DNA of 63,827 nt, the filler included, from Octopus bimaculoides (taxonomy: Eukaryota): NCBI RefSeq assembly GCF_001194135.2. It is 5 parts of 5 records of this genome, joined end to end, with 100 filler letters (N's around TTAATTAATTAA, not from the genome) between each part and the next. Parts side by side here need not be neighbours in the genome. Positions count along the whole stretch, not along the records: positions 49,095 to 61,731 come from NC_068981.1; positions 61,832 to 63,827 come from NC_068990.1; 3 more parts are not named here. One strand, given 5' to 3'. Below the pieces are notes generated by a model. That model made no database searches, had not been told where the DNA came from, and saw only the letters and a list, made by a program, of their open reading frames with translations. Positions 59,403 to 63,827 of the stretch are shown piece by piece. Each line of letters opens with the position of its first letter. Within the stretch, counting starts at the first letter, position 1. The translations under genes and the position numbers were made by a program.

Positions 59403-61159
59403 GTTTTATTAACAATTTGATACGATAAAAAATTTAAAAGAGTAAGAAAAGGAGAATAGAAAAAAAGGTTTTTGTGTTACAATTTGTGTTGTAGTGCATG
59501 GACGTGGATTCTTTGTTGCTGGTTTAGCTGGTAGGAGGTTGAACTGTTTTAAGCTGGAATTGCTTTGTATACATAGGTCTTTTTTAGATCCAAGTTCTGA
59601 TAGATTGTAGATATAATGAGGTGTCTTGTATTTGTCCTCTTGTGGTCCAGTATTTTGGTTGGTTGACTTCTTGAAGATGTCATTTATTTTTGGAATATTC
59701 TGCTCACATATTTTGGGTTGGCGAAAGTCCAGCATTCTGGGTGGTTGACTTCCTGGTGACATCATTCCGTTATCGACTGTTTTGATCGCTTGTTTTAGAC
59801 CAGTAGAGTTCTAGTGCGCTGGTTGATTTTCTGCATACGTTACTTGTTTTCGCCAAAGGTCTTGGTAACAAAAGCAAGGAATTGGAAAATTGCTTCTTTT
59901 GAATTCGTTGTTAACTGGAAGTTTTGAATGGCGTTTTGCATCACTCATGCTTATATTAAAACGTCCGTATGGCGTTTACATCAGTGATACTTACATTAAA
60001 ACGTCCGAAGGATGTATTATTTTACTACATTGTAGTTTCGTTTTGATAAAGAGTTTTTTTCAATCTTCTGTTTTTGCAATATGTATATTCGAACTATGAG
60101 TTTGTGGTGGGACAATTTACATGGGTTTTGGTTCTATTATGTAACTAGATTGCATTTCCTGTAATATACAATCTATGAGTTTTGTGTATTTTTGATTTGT
60201 GCTAAATATTGCATGAGTTGTGTTCTTGTATTGCTATACCAGGTCTACTAATCTATTAGAATACCCATTAACCAATGTTTGTTTTACATGCAATATGCTG
60301 CAAAGTGCGGAAACGACCCGCTTTTACAATAATTATATTCTGATGATAAAGCGAAGACAGTATTGAAACATTAATGGAGAAATGGTTTCAGGAATATTAT
60401 TTTGCCGAAATAAAGTATTAATAAGGAAACAGAAAAAATGCGTAATAAAAAGATTTAGCTCAAACAGTCATGTCTTTAATATAGAAATAAACACGCACAC
60501 AATTACGTATATGTACACGCAAATCTATATAAGAATATTCACACACATATATGTGTGTGTGTGTGTAACTAGATTTCAGTTATGACTGCATGTATGTGCG
60601 TAATAGAGTTCGCGTGCTTGTCCGCGTGCTTGTCCGCGTGCTTTCCCGCGTCCTTGTCCGTTTAGGTGTATCTACTGCACAGTATGCATTCAATAACATT
60701 GTCTGAGCGGAAAAATATCAACTTCTTTTTTTTTAAATTTGATGTATGTCATATGCAACATTTCTTTCAACGCAAAATAAGTTGGAATTGCCAGGATGTG
60801 TGCAATGGAAGGAACCCCTGCAGACCCTGAAGAGAATTTCCAAGCAATGAAAGCGCAAACCTAATTACATAGTGACAATAAAACCTTAAGAGACAAGTTC
60901 TAGTGGAGAACTCATTGATTCTTTGATGGTAAGCTTAAGAATATGACTATGTTAAATTCTATTTTTCTTTCTAATTTTATATTTTGAGTCATATTAAATA
61001 TAATCGATAGAGTTTCTCTTAAAGGTACGAAAATCACATATAGATATATTCAGACATAAACACAAACACACTCATTGCTTATTTTCCCCAAACTATTATA
61101 TTGATTAATATAGATGAGTTTGTTGATTTTGTATGGACAGCTCTTCACAATATGTGTGT

Positions 61160-61345
<186 letters not shown>

Positions 61346-61674
61346 ATACGTGCACAAATATTTCTACAGGAGTACATAAACTTATAGTATATTATTTTAT
61401 CGTAAACTATTATGCTGATGAATATAAATGAGTTTGTTTATTTCATGGGTATACATCCACCATCCACCCATCCATACATCCATATACACAAATGCTTGCA
61501 TGCATCTATATCTCCACAGGAATACCTACGTATATTGCAGTTTCTTATACGAATGCAAAGTTTTATACTATCACAGGTATATATATGCTAGCTTAATTTA
61601 GCAGGTGCGAGTATATATGTATATGTGTGTGTGTGTGTGTATACGTGTGTGTGTGCGTGCGTGTGTGTGTGTAT

Positions 61675-61731
<57 letters not shown>

Positions 61732-61831
61732 NNNNNNNNNNNNNNNNNNNNNNNNNNNNNNNNNNNNNNNNNNNNTTAATTAATTAANNNNNNNNNNNNN
61801 NNNNNNNNNNNNNNNNNNNNNNNNNNNNNNN
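61732..61831. other. Artificial scaffold-joining spacer
   Basis: 44 N + TTAATTAATTAA + 44 N. Confidence 0.97.
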
Positions 61832-62059
61832 GGGTGGCACATAAAAGACACCATTTCGAGCGTGGCCGTTTTCGTGCGGGTGACACGTAAAAGCACCCAC
61901 TACACTCTCTGAGTGGTTGGCGTTAGGAAGGGCATCCAGCTGTAGAAACTCTGCCAAATCGGACTGGAGCCTGGTGTTGCCATCCGGTTTCACCAGTCCT
62001 CAGTCAAATCGTCCAACCCATGCTAGCATGGAAAGCGGACGTTAAACGATGATGATGAT
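61832..62059 (+). mobile_element. RTE 3' UTR with (GAT)n tail
   Basis: Near-identical to 1226-1462. Confidence 0.82.
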
Positions 62060-62159
62060 ATGAAAGGGAAAGTTGACCTCAGCAGAATTTGAACTCAGAA
62101 CATATAGACAGATGAAATACTACTAAGCATTTTATCCAGTGTGCTAATGATTCTGCCAG

Positions 62160-62213
<54 letters not shown>

Positions 62214-62831
62214 CATATATATATATATATATATATGTTTATGTGTACACCCTACAATCTGCTGGAGGCTTCTGTCTAAGAAATTACTCTTAACCAAAGT
62301 GCTCTACACTGACATCAAACCTGAGTTTACATGACTGCAAGGTGAGCCTCTTAACAATGCTATCACACCTGTTTATTTACTTTAGTTTGCATTATATTCT
62401 AACATACCTGCTAAAGTCATACAGTCATGACATGAGAAACTTGGTCATTGTCCTTGATCAGTCACACATTATGATTGATTTGAGTTACAATGTAGACTTT
62501 CAGAAGAAATGGTCAGCACATTTTGCCCATCGTCCAAATACACTGACATGATACTTTGTATGTGAATTAATCCACAGTTCGGTTTTACCAACTAATTGCC
62601 AACTAATTGCGAAAGTTTGGTTAGTCACCTGATTAATTTAGTTAATCACCTGTCAGCCAGAAATTGATTCGTTTCATATTTTGAACATATCATTATTCAT
62701 TTAGCAATGCTCATTTGTATTCTGTTTCTTGCATCAGTGATCCTTCGTAGATGAATCAGTGGTGTTTTTGTTCTCTTTCAGTCAATGATGGTTTAATTAT
62801 AGCAACTGCAGTATATATTTCTGTCTGTATC

Positions 62832-62869
<38 letters not shown>

Positions 62870-63787
62870 AATATCTTTGTAAGAATGTATGTATGTGTAT
62901 GTGATTGTATGTGTATGTGTGTATGTATGCATGAATATGTGAGTATTTATGTGTCTGTGTGAGTGCATGTATATTATATACATATATGTGTGTGTGTCTA
63001 TACACACACACATAAACATATATACATATATACATACACACATACATATATATATGAACTTTAGGTTGGTTAAAATATATTTGTGACATAATTTTAATTT
63101 CTAAAAACAAATCCAATGCAGTAACTATGGAGAAAAAAAGTTTTCTCTTATACTTTACCATAACAGAAAATATCTACCCAGTGTTTCCTTATAGGAGTCT
63201 CTAATGTGTTTCTGGCTCTTTAACCTTCCTCAATGGGAGATAACAAAGGAAGATAACCCAGGACGGCTTCAAAGCTGTAGCTTTATCTTAAGTCAGTCAA
63301 CATCAGTGACTGAGTTGCATTTGTGGGTTGCCTGACTGAGATAAATATTACAGTATCAGTACCAAGTAGTGATGAGGAATAAACAAACTGTAGGTTAGTT
63401 AAAGTATGTTTGCGATGTATGTTGAACTTCTAAATGCAAATTCATTGCAGTTATTGTGCAGAAAAAATCTTCCCTTATGGTAAAAGGTGTTAAAATATTA
63501 TATCTACCTCCATGTTGCTCCCTAGTGGACTCATGTATGTATATGTATCTCCCTCTCTCTCTACCTGTCTATATTATACATATGTTTATAAATATATTAT
63601 ATATGTATTTATAAATTGAAGTATTTGTGCATGCACACATCTCATAGTAATTATGTGCATACAAAAATAAACATGTAAGATATATAATTATATATAAACA
63701 TGAGCAAAATACTCATACATACATACATATACATAAATACATATACATATAAATATATATATATAAATATATATATGTATATATATA

Positions 63788-63827
<40 letters not shown>

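Noticed and set aside
60610-60660. Four copies of a 12-bp CGCGTGCTTGTC unit
   Set aside because: It is a short degenerate minisatellite with no supporting context.
60790-60934. Short ORF (MCAMEGTPADPEENF...) and a donor-like GATG|GTAAGC
   Set aside because: The ORF stops after about 22 codons, with no recognisable homology or downstream exon.

Overview
Eukaryotic, AT-rich, microsatellite- and SINE/LINE-saturated genomic DNA. The repeat landscape suggests an octopus or other cephalopod short-read assembly (inference). The window is not contiguous. Four identical 100-bp artificial spacers (44 N + TTAATTAATTAA + 44 N) join five unrelated scaffolds: A 1-16577, B 16678-31789, C 31890-48994, D 49095-61731, E 61832-63827. 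Scaffold A holds the middle part of a minus-strand C2CD3 gene, with about 17 exons reconstructed by hand using GT-AG boundaries and consistent phases. Scaffold B is almost all trinucleotide repeats and gaps. Scaffold C ends in a 5'-truncated minus-strand ORF encoding at least 7 tandem atypical Cys-rich (CBM14/peritrophin-like) modules separated by TGKPETEP linkers. Transposon remnants include RTE, Tx1/L1, Penelope-like, mariner, Helitron, hAT- and piggyBac-type MITEs and several tRNA-derived SINEs. The two most interesting signals are the repeat protein and a SINE-like family that fuses a tRNA-type Pol III head to a Penelope-type minimal hammerhead ribozyme motif.
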